This document shows, piece after piece, positions 9,882-18,544 of a stretch of DNA of 64,000 nucleotides. The stretch is taken from NCBI GenBank assembly GCA_046754285.1, contig JBHHVJ010000008.1:20659-84658 (forward strand). Reading direction: 5' to 3'. Source of the stretch: Myxococcota bacterium. Lineage in GTDB: Bacteria; Myxococcota_A; UBA9160; SZUA-336. The notes beneath the pieces are model-generated. The model searched no databases. It had not been told where the DNA came from and saw nothing but the letters and a program-made list of their open reading frames with translations. Position numbers and translations under genes: made by a program. Numbering within the stretch: the stretch's first letter is position 1; each line of letters starts with the position of its first letter.

Positions 9882-11707
9882 GGCACCCGGGCCCCGCTTT
9901 CCAGAAAGCGAACGTCCCCGAGCAGCTCGCGGATGTAGAGCAGCAGCTTCTCGTCGCGGGTCAGCTCGCCACTCCCGCGGCCGACCGCGAGGGTGATCGC
10001 CTCGCGGTCCAGCGTTCGTTCCGGCTCCAGGCGCCTCATGATCTCGCAGAGGCCCGGCTCGTCCCGTGCGGAGTCCATGACCGCCTCGACCGTCGTGCGC
10101 TCCCGTGGACGTCCCGACACGGGTACCGGACCCGCGCGTAGGGCCTCCACGGCTCGCTCCATGCGGTGCCGATAGGTGTGCTCGGCGACGGCGCGCCGGT
10201 AGGCGTTCTCCGCGATCGCTGTGCGCTCGTCGGGATGGGCCAGGTAGTGCGCGATCTTCTTGCGGCACTCATGGACGTCGCCGTAGGTCTCGACCTCGAA
10301 CCCCGGTGCGAAGGCGCGTGCCAGATCGCGTCGCTCATCCAGGAGCTGGAAGCATCGGGCCCCGGCCAGCTCGAAGCTGCGTGGGTTCAGATAGTCGCCG
10401 ACCGGATTCACGCCGTCGCACCACGGGGAGGAGTGGAGGTTGAGATTGATCTTGGAGGCGTTGAAGATCAGGTTCGACGCTTCGGGGGACTGCCGGATGT
10501 TCGGCTCAGGCTGAACCGCTCGCCAGGGGGGGGTTGTGGGCCAGTCCACACCGTAGATCCGCAGGCCCAGGTCGAAGAGTGCGGGAAGCAGCTCGCGCCG
10601 GTTGTGGTAGCCGGCGCCGACGAAGGAGAGCTCGCAGCCATAGCGTCTCTGCTGCTCGGGCGTGAGTGTGAGGGGCCGCGTGATCGTGGGGTCGAAGGCC
10701 ATCGGGAGTGGGAAGCCGTACCCTCCCGCCTCACGCAGCGGGACCGAGAACTCGTCGGGCTGCACGTGGAAGACGACATCGTAGTGCCGGGCCAGGTCCT
10801 TCCAGTAGCTCATCACGCGGAAGTCCTCGCAGAACCAAAAGGCCCGCCCGATGCCGAGCTGCCCGATGCGCTCGAGGATGTCCGGCTCCAGGGGGGCCTG
10901 GGCGAGGGCGAAGATCACGTCGGGGGGGTTGAGTCGGAAGCTCGCGAGAAGCACCTCACCGATGAGCTGCAGCAGGTTGCGTTGCAGCGCGACGCGCGCC
11001 TCGCGCTGGAGGGGATTGGAGGTCGTGGTGAGCACGCTCTGGTAGGCGGGCCAGAAGGCCCCGAGATCGACGTCGTGGACGTGGTGGCCGAGCTCCCGCA
11101 GCGCACGAGCGCAGGCCTGGGCCACGGGCAGCGAGCCCCCATGGAGGGGCGGGATCACGGCGATCTGGAGGGGCTCGGGGGTGCCCCCGGGGCGGAAATG
11201 CCGGGTCAGTGCCTCGAAGAGGATCGGCGCCCGACGGCGAGCCGTGGGGTGGGCGAGCAGGAGTCCGCGCTCGTGCGAGCGGAAGATCGCGTGGCGGCAG
11301 ACCTCGCTCGCGTCGCTGCTGACGAGCAGCTCCGCGCGCTCCAGCATCGGCGCGAGATCGACTCGCTCGAGTACCACGCGGCAGAGCTCGAGCGAGGGCT
11401 CCACGATGAGCAGGTCCCCGTCCATCGCGTCCAGGTAGCGAAGCGTGTGCACGCCCAGGCCGAAGAGAACCAGGCGTGCGGAGCCGGTCTCTTCCGCGCG
11501 CTGCAGGAAGCTCTGTGCCAAGCGGCGGCCCTCCTCCTCGGGGTCCTCCAGGCTGGCCTCCAGCCGGTCGGAGAGCCGCACCGAGGCCGCTCCGCTGCGC
11601 GCACGCAGGGCCTCACATTCCGATCCGGGCCGGCAGCGTGCGATCCTGTCCGCGAGCACCGCGTTCCGTCGGCGAAGCGCGGCGAGATTTCGATCCAGCA
11701 TCTCCAT
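9878..11707 (-). CDS. CgeB-family (GT-B) glycosyltransferase with Maf-like N-terminus
   Basis: N-terminus LDRNLAALRRRN...LVLFGLG; C-terminus LSFVGAGY, FNASKINLNLHSS, NPRSFELAG, EHTYRHRM. Confidence 0.85.
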   Translation of the reverse strand: MEMLDRNLAALRRRNAVLADRIARCRPGSECEALRARSGAASVRLSDRLEASLEDPEEEGRRLAQSFLQRAEETGSARLVLFGLGVHTLRYLDAMDGDLLIVEPSLELCRVVLERVDLAPMLERAELLVSSDASEVCRHAIFRSHERGLLLAHPTARRRAPILFEALTRHFRPGGTPEPLQIAVIPPLHGGSLPVAQACARALRELGHHVHDVDLGAFWPAYQSVLTTTSNPLQREARVALQRNLLQLIGEVLLASFRLNPPDVIFALAQAPLEPDILERIGQLGIGRAFWFCEDFRVMSYWKDLARHYDVVFHVQPDEFSVPLREAGGYGFPLPMAFDPTITRPLTLTPEQQRRYGCELSFVGAGYHNRRELLPALFDLGLRIYGVDWPTTPPWRAVQPEPNIRQSPEASNLIFNASKINLNLHSSPWCDGVNPVGDYLNPRSFELAGARCFQLLDERRDLARAFAPGFEVETYGDVHECRKKIAHYLAHPDERTAIAENAYRRAVAEHTYRHRMERAVEALRAGPVPVSGRPRERTTVEAVMDSARDEPGLCEIMRRLEPERTLDREAITLAVGRGSGELTRDEKLLLYIRELLGDVRFLESGARVP

Positions 11708-11739
11708 CTCGACCCGAGCGGAGGGGAGCCTCCGATCAG

Positions 11740-11755
11740 AGCAAGCGCCATGCCC
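11740..11755 (-). promoter_or_regulatory. Putative sigma54 promoter of the glycosylation operon
   Basis: Minus strand GGGCAT-GGCGC-TTGCT (GG-N10-GC), 32 nt upstream of the 11707 start. Confidence 0.6.
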
Positions 11756-11835
11756 GCGACAGCAGCGACCGTCGGCGGAAGGCGGCGACGTTCGCGCTCA
11801 GGGCGTGGGCAGATCCTGCAGGGGGGGCGGCAATT

Positions 11836-12168
11836 TCAGATCGTGCGGGAGACGAAGGCCGGGATCTCGTCGTCCGCGGGTCGATAGCCGTCCTGGGCTT
11901 TCTGGACCTTTCGGAGCGCGCCGAATCGACTCCGCAGCTCCGTGCGAAGCTGCTCGGTGAGCGTCTCGAGCTTTCGCTCGGCTGCGATCAGGCGGGCGAT
12001 CAGCGCGCGGCCCGCGGGCTCTCTGGGCGGATCCTCCTGAAGCGACCGCAGCAGCTCCAGGCGTCGGCGCGCGAGGCGGTCGAGCTCCGCGAGCCGCTGC
12101 GCCTCGGGGGTCGCGAGTGCCCGCTCGGCCGCGTCGGCCCACTCGATCAGCCGCACATCCTCACTCAT
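11836..12168 (-). CDS. Small helical protein, positional FliT-like flagellar chaperone
   Basis: 110-aa helical ORF coupled to fliS by an ATGA overlap; position is typical of fliT. Confidence 0.55.
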   Translation of the reverse strand: MSEDVRLIEWADAAERALATPEAQRLAELDRLARRRLELLRSLQEDPPREPAGRALIARLIAAERKLETLTEQLRTELRSRFGALRKVQKAQDGYRPADDEIPAFVSRTI

Positions 12169-12560
12169 GCGGGATCGGACCCCCGTCCGCCGTGCTGCTC
12201 GATGGTCCGCCAGGCGTCGAGCAGCGTATCGAGCAGGCCCAGGACCGACTCCAGAGCCCGGCGGTCCCCCCGAACGTTCGCGGCCGTGAGAGCGTCGAGA
12301 ATGTAGGCATAGAGGGCGTCGAGATTCCCGGCGATCGCCTCACCTCGATCGTGATCCAAAGAAGCCAGCAGCTCCGCCACGATGGCGTGGGCCCTACCCA
12401 GCGCCTGACCTCTCGATGCCGGGTCCGCGAAGTGTTCGAGCGCCTGACGCCCGAAGCGCAGAGCTCCCTCGTAAAGCAGCACGATGATCCGAAGCGGCTC
12501 CGCTGAGCTGACCTGACCATTTTGGTAGGCCGCGTGCGCCGCATGCACGCTGATCTGCAT
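12165..12560 (-). CDS. fliS: Flagellar export chaperone FliS
   Basis: AYQNGQVSSAEPLRIIVLLYEGAL...ELLASLDHDRGEAIAGNLDALYAY...LLDAWR. Confidence 0.93.
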   Translation of the reverse strand: MQISVHAAHAAYQNGQVSSAEPLRIIVLLYEGALRFGRQALEHFADPASRGQALGRAHAIVAELLASLDHDRGEAIAGNLDALYAYILDALTAANVRGDRRALESVLGLLDTLLDAWRTIEQHGGRGSDPA

Positions 12561-12579
12561 TTCTATCCCCTCCCCGTGG

Positions 12580-13980
12580 CTATCGTCGCTGCAATGTCAG
12601 CAGGAACTGGCTCAGAAACTGACCCTGTGTCTGGATCTCGCTGATGATCCGCTCGAGCTGGGCGAACTGGCGAATCAGGTCGGACTCGATGTCCTCCAGG
12701 CGGTCCTCCGCGTCCGCAATGTTCTTCTCGAGGTCCGAGATCGACCGATTCGTTCCGTCGATGCGGGTGACCAGCGCCCCGCTGACGGGATCCACGAACG
12801 CATCAGCCACGATGCGCAGCTGGTCAGCAAAGCCGCCACTGCCGGCAAAGAACGCCTTCACGTCGTTGAAGCTGCTCTGCAGCTTGGAGCGCAGCTTCGT
12901 CTCATCGAGTGTGACGGTCCCCGAGGCCGTGAGCTCGATTCCGATCTCCGCTGAAGACTTGATCGTTCCTGAGCCGATCTGGCTGGCGAGCACGGAGGTG
13001 AGCCTGCGCTTCAGCCCGTTCAACGTGGAGTCTCCGATCAGTGGGCCGCCCCGATTCGTCTCCGGGTCCACGACGGCCTGCTCGTTGATCACGCTGACGA
13101 TGTCGTTGAAGGCGCTGACGAGATTCGAGATCTCGGACACCATGGCGTCGGTATCCTCGCTGACGTCGATCGTCACCGTGCTCGCGGAAACTTTCTTGGC
13201 CTCGATCGTGAGGCCCTCGATCACACTGGAGAACGTGTTGGTCGTGCTCGAGACCTGGATCTGGTTGGCTCCGGGATCAAGCAGCAGGGTCGCAGAGGCG
13301 GCGGACTGGGTCTCCGTGAAGCTCGGCGTCGCCGTGCCGCCACTCAGTGTGGTCCCGGTGCTCAGATCGAGGGTCTGGGTGGCGCCGCTCGACTTCCCCT
13401 CGATGACGATCCGATAGGGGCTCGAGGAGCCGTCGTTCAGCAGAAAGGCTCGCACATCGGCGCTCGAGTCGTTGATGGCCGAGATGAACCCCTCCAGAGT
13501 GTTGTTGGAGGACGTGATCGTGAGGTTCGTGACGGTCGTGCCCACGGTGATCCGGAAGTTCCCCGTCCCGACCGTGTCCGTCTTGTTCGTGTAGCCCTGG
13601 GAGATCTCCCGCTCGCTCGTGGCGAGCTGCGTGACCTGCAGGAGGACCTTGCCCGGGAGCGCCTTGCTGTCCGCGGTGGCCGTGGCGACGGTCGAGTCGC
13701 TCGAGGTGGCCGTGAGCTTGGCGAACTCCTCCGTCGCGGAGGGGCTCGTGGTGAGGAAGATGTTGGTGAGGTTGTCGAGCTCTCGCAGAGCTTCCTGAAA
13801 ACTGCGCGTCTTGGTGTTCAGGTCCTGAAAGATCGCGAGCTTCTCTTCGAAGCTGCTCTTCTGGCCCTCGAGGATGTCGATCGGCCGCCGTTCGAGCTCC
13901 AGGACCTGATCGACGATCTCATTGGTCGGAAATCCGGAGGCGAGCCCCCCGAACGTGATGGAGCCGGTGCGGAGTCCCAT
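12580..13980 (-). CDS. fliD: Flagellar filament cap protein FliD
   Basis: ITFGGLASGFPTNEIVDQVLELER; SSTTNTFSSVIEGLTI; C-terminal LIRQFAQLE. Confidence 0.93.
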   Translation of the reverse strand: MGLRTGSITFGGLASGFPTNEIVDQVLELERRPIDILEGQKSSFEEKLAIFQDLNTKTRSFQEALRELDNLTNIFLTTSPSATEEFAKLTATSSDSTVATATADSKALPGKVLLQVTQLATSEREISQGYTNKTDTVGTGNFRITVGTTVTNLTITSSNNTLEGFISAINDSSADVRAFLLNDGSSSPYRIVIEGKSSGATQTLDLSTGTTLSGGTATPSFTETQSAASATLLLDPGANQIQVSSTTNTFSSVIEGLTIEAKKVSASTVTIDVSEDTDAMVSEISNLVSAFNDIVSVINEQAVVDPETNRGGPLIGDSTLNGLKRRLTSVLASQIGSGTIKSSAEIGIELTASGTVTLDETKLRSKLQSSFNDVKAFFAGSGGFADQLRIVADAFVDPVSGALVTRIDGTNRSISDLEKNIADAEDRLEDIESDLIRQFAQLERIISEIQTQGQFLSQFLLTLQRR

Positions 13981-13987
13981 GCCATTC

Positions 13988-14015
13988 CTTTCGAGCGAAA
14001 CCCACTCCGGGTTTA
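13988..14015 (-). promoter_or_regulatory. Putative sigma28-type promoter of fliD
   Basis: Minus strand TAAA-N16-CTCGAAAG. Confidence 0.4.
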
Positions 14016-14050
14016 GCCCGCAAGCCCTCGGACCCCTCCGGCGGAGACTG

Positions 14051-14085
14051 GGGGCGGGATGGGGCCGAGGCCCGCATCCCGCCCC
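14051..14085 (-). terminator. Strong hairpin 3' of fliC (terminator or mRNA stabiliser)
   Basis: ggggcgggatg (14051-14061) / catcccgcccc (14075-14085), perfect 11-bp stem. Confidence 0.6.
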
Positions 14086-14115
14086 GCGTTCCGGTTACGA
14101 GACGAGCGGTCTGGA

Positions 14116-14964
14116 CTACTGGAGGAGCTGGAGCGCGACCTGCGAGGAGACGTTGGCTTGGGCCAGCACGGCGATGCCGGCCTGCTGGAGCACCTGGGCC
14201 CGCGTCAGGCTCGCCGTCTCCGCCGCGATGTCGGCATCCCGAATCCGCGAGTTCGCTGCGGACAGGTTCTCCACCGAGGTCTGGAGGTTGTTGATCGTCG
14301 ACTGGAGCCGGTTCTGTGCCGCACCCAGATCGCCGCGGAGCGTCGAGACGCTGGAGATCGCGGAGTCGACGGTCGCCAATGCCGACTGGGCCGAGGCGGT
14401 CGTCGAGATCGCCGCGTCCGTGGTCTGGATGCTGAGGCCGCTGGCCGTGGCGTCGCCGATGTTGAGGCTGATGCGGTCCACTGTCGCGTTGTTGTTGATC
14501 CCCACCTGGAAGGTCAGAGCATTGCCGGTTCCGGAGAGGGTCCCGTCGAGCAGCACCCGGCCACCGAAGCGCGTCGCATTCGCGATTCGGGTGATCTCGC
14601 TCTGCAGCGAGCTGAACTCGTTCTGGAGGAAGCTCCGCTCCGTGTTGCTGATCGATCCCTCCGAAGCCGCCTGCACCGAGAGCTCTCGCATCCGGATCAG
14701 GATGTTCGAGATCTCGTTCAGCGCGCCTTCCGCGGTCTGGATCACCGAAATGCCGTCGTTGGCATTCCGCTGAGCCTGTCGGAGGCCCCGGATCTGGGCG
14801 CGGAGGGACTCTGAGATGGCGAGTCCGGCCGCGTCGTCCCCGGCGCGGGTGATGCGCAGACCCGAAGACAGCCGGTCCAGCGAGCGGTCGAGCTGTAGCT
14901 GGCTGCGCGACAGGTTCTTCTGCGCGTTGATGGACGCGAGATTCGTGTTGATTCGGAGACCCAT
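14116..14964 (-). CDS. fliC: Flagellin (minimal, 282 aa)
   Basis: MGLRINTN, RLSSGLRI, DDAAGLAIS, RNANDGIS, LGAAQNRL, SRIRDADIA, VLAQAN. Confidence 0.98.
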   Translation of the reverse strand: MGLRINTNLASINAQKNLSRSQLQLDRSLDRLSSGLRITRAGDDAAGLAISESLRAQIRGLRQAQRNANDGISVIQTAEGALNEISNILIRMRELSVQAASEGSISNTERSFLQNEFSSLQSEITRIANATRFGGRVLLDGTLSGTGNALTFQVGINNNATVDRISLNIGDATASGLSIQTTDAAISTTASAQSALATVDSAISSVSTLRGDLGAAQNRLQSTINNLQTSVENLSAANSRIRDADIAAETASLTRAQVLQQAGIAVLAQANVSSQVALQLLQ

Positions 14965-15069
14965 GCGGTTTCCTCCCTGAAAGGCGGCCCCGCGAAGCGT
15001 CCGTGCTCCGCTTGCCCCTCACCATTGGCCGTTCGTCATCGCTCCGGATTTCATCCGCAAGCAAGGGAC

Positions 15070-15097
15070 TATTCGGACCTGCTGACAGCGATCTTTA
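15070..15097 (-). promoter_or_regulatory. Putative sigma28-type promoter of fliC
   Basis: Minus strand TAAA-N16-TCCGAATA, about 105 nt upstream of the ATG. Confidence 0.65.
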
Positions 15098-15168
15098 GCA
15101 CCCGGGAGGCGCCGAAAGCCCCCGTCTGATCCCTCAAGCGCACGCAATTCACGGCCGAAGCTCCACAT

Positions 15169-16092
15169 ATGGTGCGGCTTCTCTTCGACGAGGCGGTCGG
15201 GGGAAGACCCCGGAGCGGCCCGGATCGTGCGCGGCTCACGCGGTTTCTGGACCGTGAGTTCGATGGCGAGCCCGGCCTGGCGAGGGAGTTCCCCCTGCTG
15301 CTCGCCCCCCACAATCTGGATCGCTCCTGGGTCTACGAGCGAGACGGGCAGATCGTCGCACACGCCGTCTGGCGGCCCCTCACGCTGCTCAGCGGAGAGA
15401 GGCGGATCGGCGCCGCGGGGATCGGGCTCGTCACGACGGCACGCGATTGGCGCGGCCGAGGTCTCGCGTCGCAGCTCGTCGGCCACTGTCTGGCGGGTGC
15501 GCGGCGCGCCGGAACCGAGCTGGTCGTACTCTTTGCGCCCGCGCGCTCGCTGTACACGCGGCTCGGCTTCGTACCCGCCGGCCGAGAGCTCCTGAGCTGG
15601 ACGCGCGCGGCTGCCCCCGTTCCTTCGGGCGCGCGCGTTCGCCGCGGCGGTCCCCTCGAGGCCCCGAAGCTGCTGTCCCTTCTCGAGCGTCATCGGCTGC
15701 GCGTGGAGAGAAGCGTCGAGGAGTTTGCGTCGCTGCTGGGGATCCCCGGCGTCTGCTGTCACCTCGTCGAACGTGGAAGCGACGTCGTGGCCTACTGTGT
15801 GGAGGGCAAGGGAAGGGACCTGCGCGGGGTGATCCACGAGTGGGCCGGAGACCCGCAAGCCCTCGCCGGGCTCTTCGCTGCGATCACCGCGCGCCGCCCT
15901 GCACCCCTTCCGGTGCTCTCGCCGGAGACCTCGCCGCCGCCGGGCTGCGAGCCGGGAGGCGTCCAGGCGCTCGCGCAGCTCCGGATTCTTGATCCCGGGC
16001 GGCTCGGGGAGAACGACGCCGTACGCCTCTTTGGCGATCCCGGGTCCCCCGCTCGGCTGCCGATCTATGTATGGGGGCTGGATTCCATCTGA
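15169..16092 (+). CDS. GNAT-family N-acetyltransferase
   Basis: [20 protein letters not shown] acetyl-CoA motif A; LYTRLGF; start uncertain. Confidence 0.8.
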   Translation: MVRLLFDEAVGGRPRSGPDRARLTRFLDREFDGEPGLAREFPLLLAPHNLDRSWVYERDGQIVAHAVWRPLTLLSGERRIGAAGIGLVTTARDWRGRGLASQLVGHCLAGARRAGTELVVLFAPARSLYTRLGFVPAGRELLSWTRAAAPVPSGARVRRGGPLEAPKLLSLLERHRLRVERSVEEFASLLGIPGVCCHLVERGSDVVAYCVEGKGRDLRGVIHEWAGDPQALAGLFAAITARRPAPLPVLSPETSPPPGCEPGGVQALAQLRILDPGRLGENDAVRLFGDPGSPARLPIYVWGLDSI

Positions 16093-16114
16093 GCGGACGG
16101 ATAGCCTTGGCGCC

Positions 16115-17251
16115 GTGTCGAATCTTCTGGCCCCCCGTTCGACGCGTACCGTCCGCGTCGGCTCGCTGCGAATCGGCGCGGGAGCGCCCATCTCCGTTCA
16201 GAGCATGTGTGCCACGCCCACCCGGGACGTGGAGGCGACGACCGAGCAGATCGACTCGCTGAGCGAGGCGGGCGCGGCGCTGGTGCGCATCGCCGTCGAC
16301 AGCCGTCGCGACGTCGAGGCGCTGGCAGAGATCCGTCGCCGCACGAGGGCACGGCTCGTGGTCGATCTGCAGGAGCACTACCGGCTCGCGCGTCTCGTGG
16401 CGCCCCATGTGGACAAGCTCCGCTACAACCCGGGACACCTCCACCATCACGAGCGTGGGCGCGCCATCGCGGACAAGGTGGCCGAGCTGGCGGAGATCGC
16501 CGGAGAGCATGGGCTGGCCCTCCGGATCGGAGTGAACTGCGGCTCCGTGGCGCCGGAGTACGAGGCGCGCTTTCCGGATGATCCGGTGGGGGCCATGGTG
16601 GCCTGCGCCTGGGACCACTGCGCGTACCTCGAGAAGCGCGGCTTCGAGAACTTCGTCGTGTCGCTCAAGGACTCGGACCCGGAACGGGTCGTCGAGGCGA
16701 ACCGTCGCTTCGTGGAGCGCCGACCGGACGTCCCGCTCCACCTCGGCGTGACCGAGGCCGGCCTGCTCCCCGAAGGCGAGATCAAGACCCGCCTCGCCTT
16801 CGAGAGGCTTCTTGCGGTCGGAATCGGGGACACCGTGCGCGTGTCCCTCACCCTGCCGCATTCCCGCAAACACGAAGAGGTCCGGATCGGCCGTGCGATC
16901 CTCGACGACATTCGTGCGGGACGCTTCCGCTCCGTTCCCCAGCTCAGCGGTCTGAACATCATCGCGTGTCCCTCCTGCTCACGCGTCGAGAACGAGCTCT
17001 TCGTCGAGCTGGCCGAGCGCGTGCGCGAGCTCACGCGCTACGCCGAGGGGCACGATGTCACGATCGCGGTGATGGGCTGCCGGGTGAACGGCCCCGGGGA
17101 GACGGACGATGCCGACCTGGGCCTCTGGTGCGGCCCCAGGCACGTCAACCTGAAGCGCGGCGCCGAGAAGCTCGGAAGCTTCGCCTACGACGAAGTGCTC
17201 GACCACCTCCGCGCCGAGCTCGACCAGCTGATCGGTGGGGACGTTGGTTGA
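16115..17251 (+). CDS. ispG: (E)-4-hydroxy-3-methylbut-2-enyl-diphosphate synthase
   Basis: [54 protein letters not shown]; GTG start at 16115 inferred. Confidence 0.94.
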   Translation: MSNLLAPRSTRTVRVGSLRIGAGAPISVQSMCATPTRDVEATTEQIDSLSEAGAALVRIAVDSRRDVEALAEIRRRTRARLVVDLQEHYRLARLVAPHVDKLRYNPGHLHHHERGRAIADKVAELAEIAGEHGLALRIGVNCGSVAPEYEARFPDDPVGAMVACAWDHCAYLEKRGFENFVVSLKDSDPERVVEANRRFVERRPDVPLHLGVTEAGLLPEGEIKTRLAFERLLAVGIGDTVRVSLTLPHSRKHEEVRIGRAILDDIRAGRFRSVPQLSGLNIIACPSCSRVENELFVELAERVRELTRYAEGHDVTIAVMGCRVNGPGETDDADLGLWCGPRHVNLKRGAEKLGSFAYDEVLDHLRAELDQLIGGDVG

Positions 17252-17320
17252 GTTCCTGCCGGGCTCCCCGGGTCCCCCCCCGGTGATCGCGGTCCAGCGG
17301 AAGGGCCTTCGGCCGCTGTT

Positions 17321-18232
17321 CTAGGCGATCTCCCAGCGACCGCTTCGGAGGCTTCGATAGCCCGCCTCGATCCAGCCAAGGGTCATCTCGCCGTGGTCCT
17401 CTTCGGGATCGCGGCAGGCACGCCGCCGCAGGAGATCCTCGAGGAGTGCGCGGCTGATCTCGTGCCTCGAGAGCGATCCTGCGAAAACGCGGCGCTCCGC
17501 GGCGCGAACGAGCACCGACTGGGCGTGTCCGATCCGCAGCTCACCGTGCGGACCACGACATCGAACGAGCGCTTCAGGAGCCTCGTCGTTCCAGCTTAGC
17601 TCGACCGTGCTTCGCACACCCCCGGCGTGCTCCAGCTCCACGCGGACCTCGTCCTCCACGGCCGTCCTCTGGCGGCTCCGGGCGACCGCGATCCAGACGC
17701 GCTCGATCGGCCCCGCGAGCTGCTCCGCGAGGTCGAGCGCATCGGGCCCCCGATCGATCCAGATCCCACCGCCGCTTCGGAGCGGATTCGCCTGCCAGCA
17801 CCCCGCAAGGGTCCGTTTGCGTGCAAGCCGGATCTGCACGCCATCGAGCGCTCCGATCGCTCCCGCACCGATCAGGTCTCGTGCGCGGCGCGCGGCTGTG
17901 AAGCGGCGCATCGGCGCAGCCGTGACGAGCGTCCGCCCCAGGCGTTCGGCGAGCTCACTGACGGCCACCGCGGCCGCACGAGAATGCGCGAGAGGGGCCA
18001 TGACGAGCGTGTCCACACCGGTCCGAAGCAGATCGCTGAGCACCCGGGCCCGTTCGGCCACCGGCAGGCAGACCACGGCCAGCTCGGGAGGCGGTGAGCT
18101 CAGACCCGCCTCGCCAGGGTCGCCCGATCCGTCCAGCTCGAGCTCGGGGAGCTCGGGAATCACCTTCGGAATCACGCAGCTCCTAGGCGAGGTGCAACGG
18201 AGAGTGATCCTCTTGCACAGCGCTGCCGACAT
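17321..18232 (-). CDS. Gfo/Idh/MocA oxidoreductase-like protein, degenerate
   Basis: GAIGALDGV, SGGGIWIDRGPDALDL and VEDEV retained; no GxGxxG; the EKP position reads MAP. Confidence 0.65.
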   Translation of the reverse strand: MSAALCKRITLRCTSPRSCVIPKVIPELPELELDGSGDPGEAGLSSPPPELAVVCLPVAERARVLSDLLRTGVDTLVMAPLAHSRAAAVAVSELAERLGRTLVTAAPMRRFTAARRARDLIGAGAIGALDGVQIRLARKRTLAGCWQANPLRSGGGIWIDRGPDALDLAEQLAGPIERVWIAVARSRQRTAVEDEVRVELEHAGGVRSTVELSWNDEAPEALVRCRGPHGELRIGHAQSVLVRAAERRVFAGSLSRHEISRALLEDLLRRRACRDPEEDHGEMTLGWIEAGYRSLRSGRWEIA

Positions 18233-18476
18233 CGGACCTCCCTTGCGCGCGTGGTTCCGACGGCTCGGGATTCAAGAGTGGTGCCCAAGCGCGGGGGTCC
18301 TCGAGCCCGCGCGGATCGCCCTCGTCGCTCGAGAGCGGCACGCCGCGAGGTTGGGAGCACAGCTGCGGACCCGCGCTTGGGCAACGGGGATGCAGCGCAT
18401 CCCGGGTGTGGTCGAGCCTCCGTCGGTGGGCCCCTACGGAGGAGGAAACCTCCTGCTCAATTCTGTCCCCTGACGG

Positions 18477-18504
18477 TACAGGCTCTCCTCATGCGGCTCG
18501 ATAA
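18477..18504 (+). promoter_or_regulatory. Putative sigma28-type promoter of the sensor diguanylate cyclase
   Basis: TACA-N16-CTCGATAA. Confidence 0.4.
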
Positions 18505-18544
18505 GAAGGGACGCGATCCCCCGAGGATCGCCTGGGGGACGGGT

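Noticed and set aside
18271-18288. sigma54-like GGGCAC-N5-TTGA upstream of the degenerate Gfo gene
   Set aside because: The -12 dinucleotide is GA rather than GC; too weak to call.
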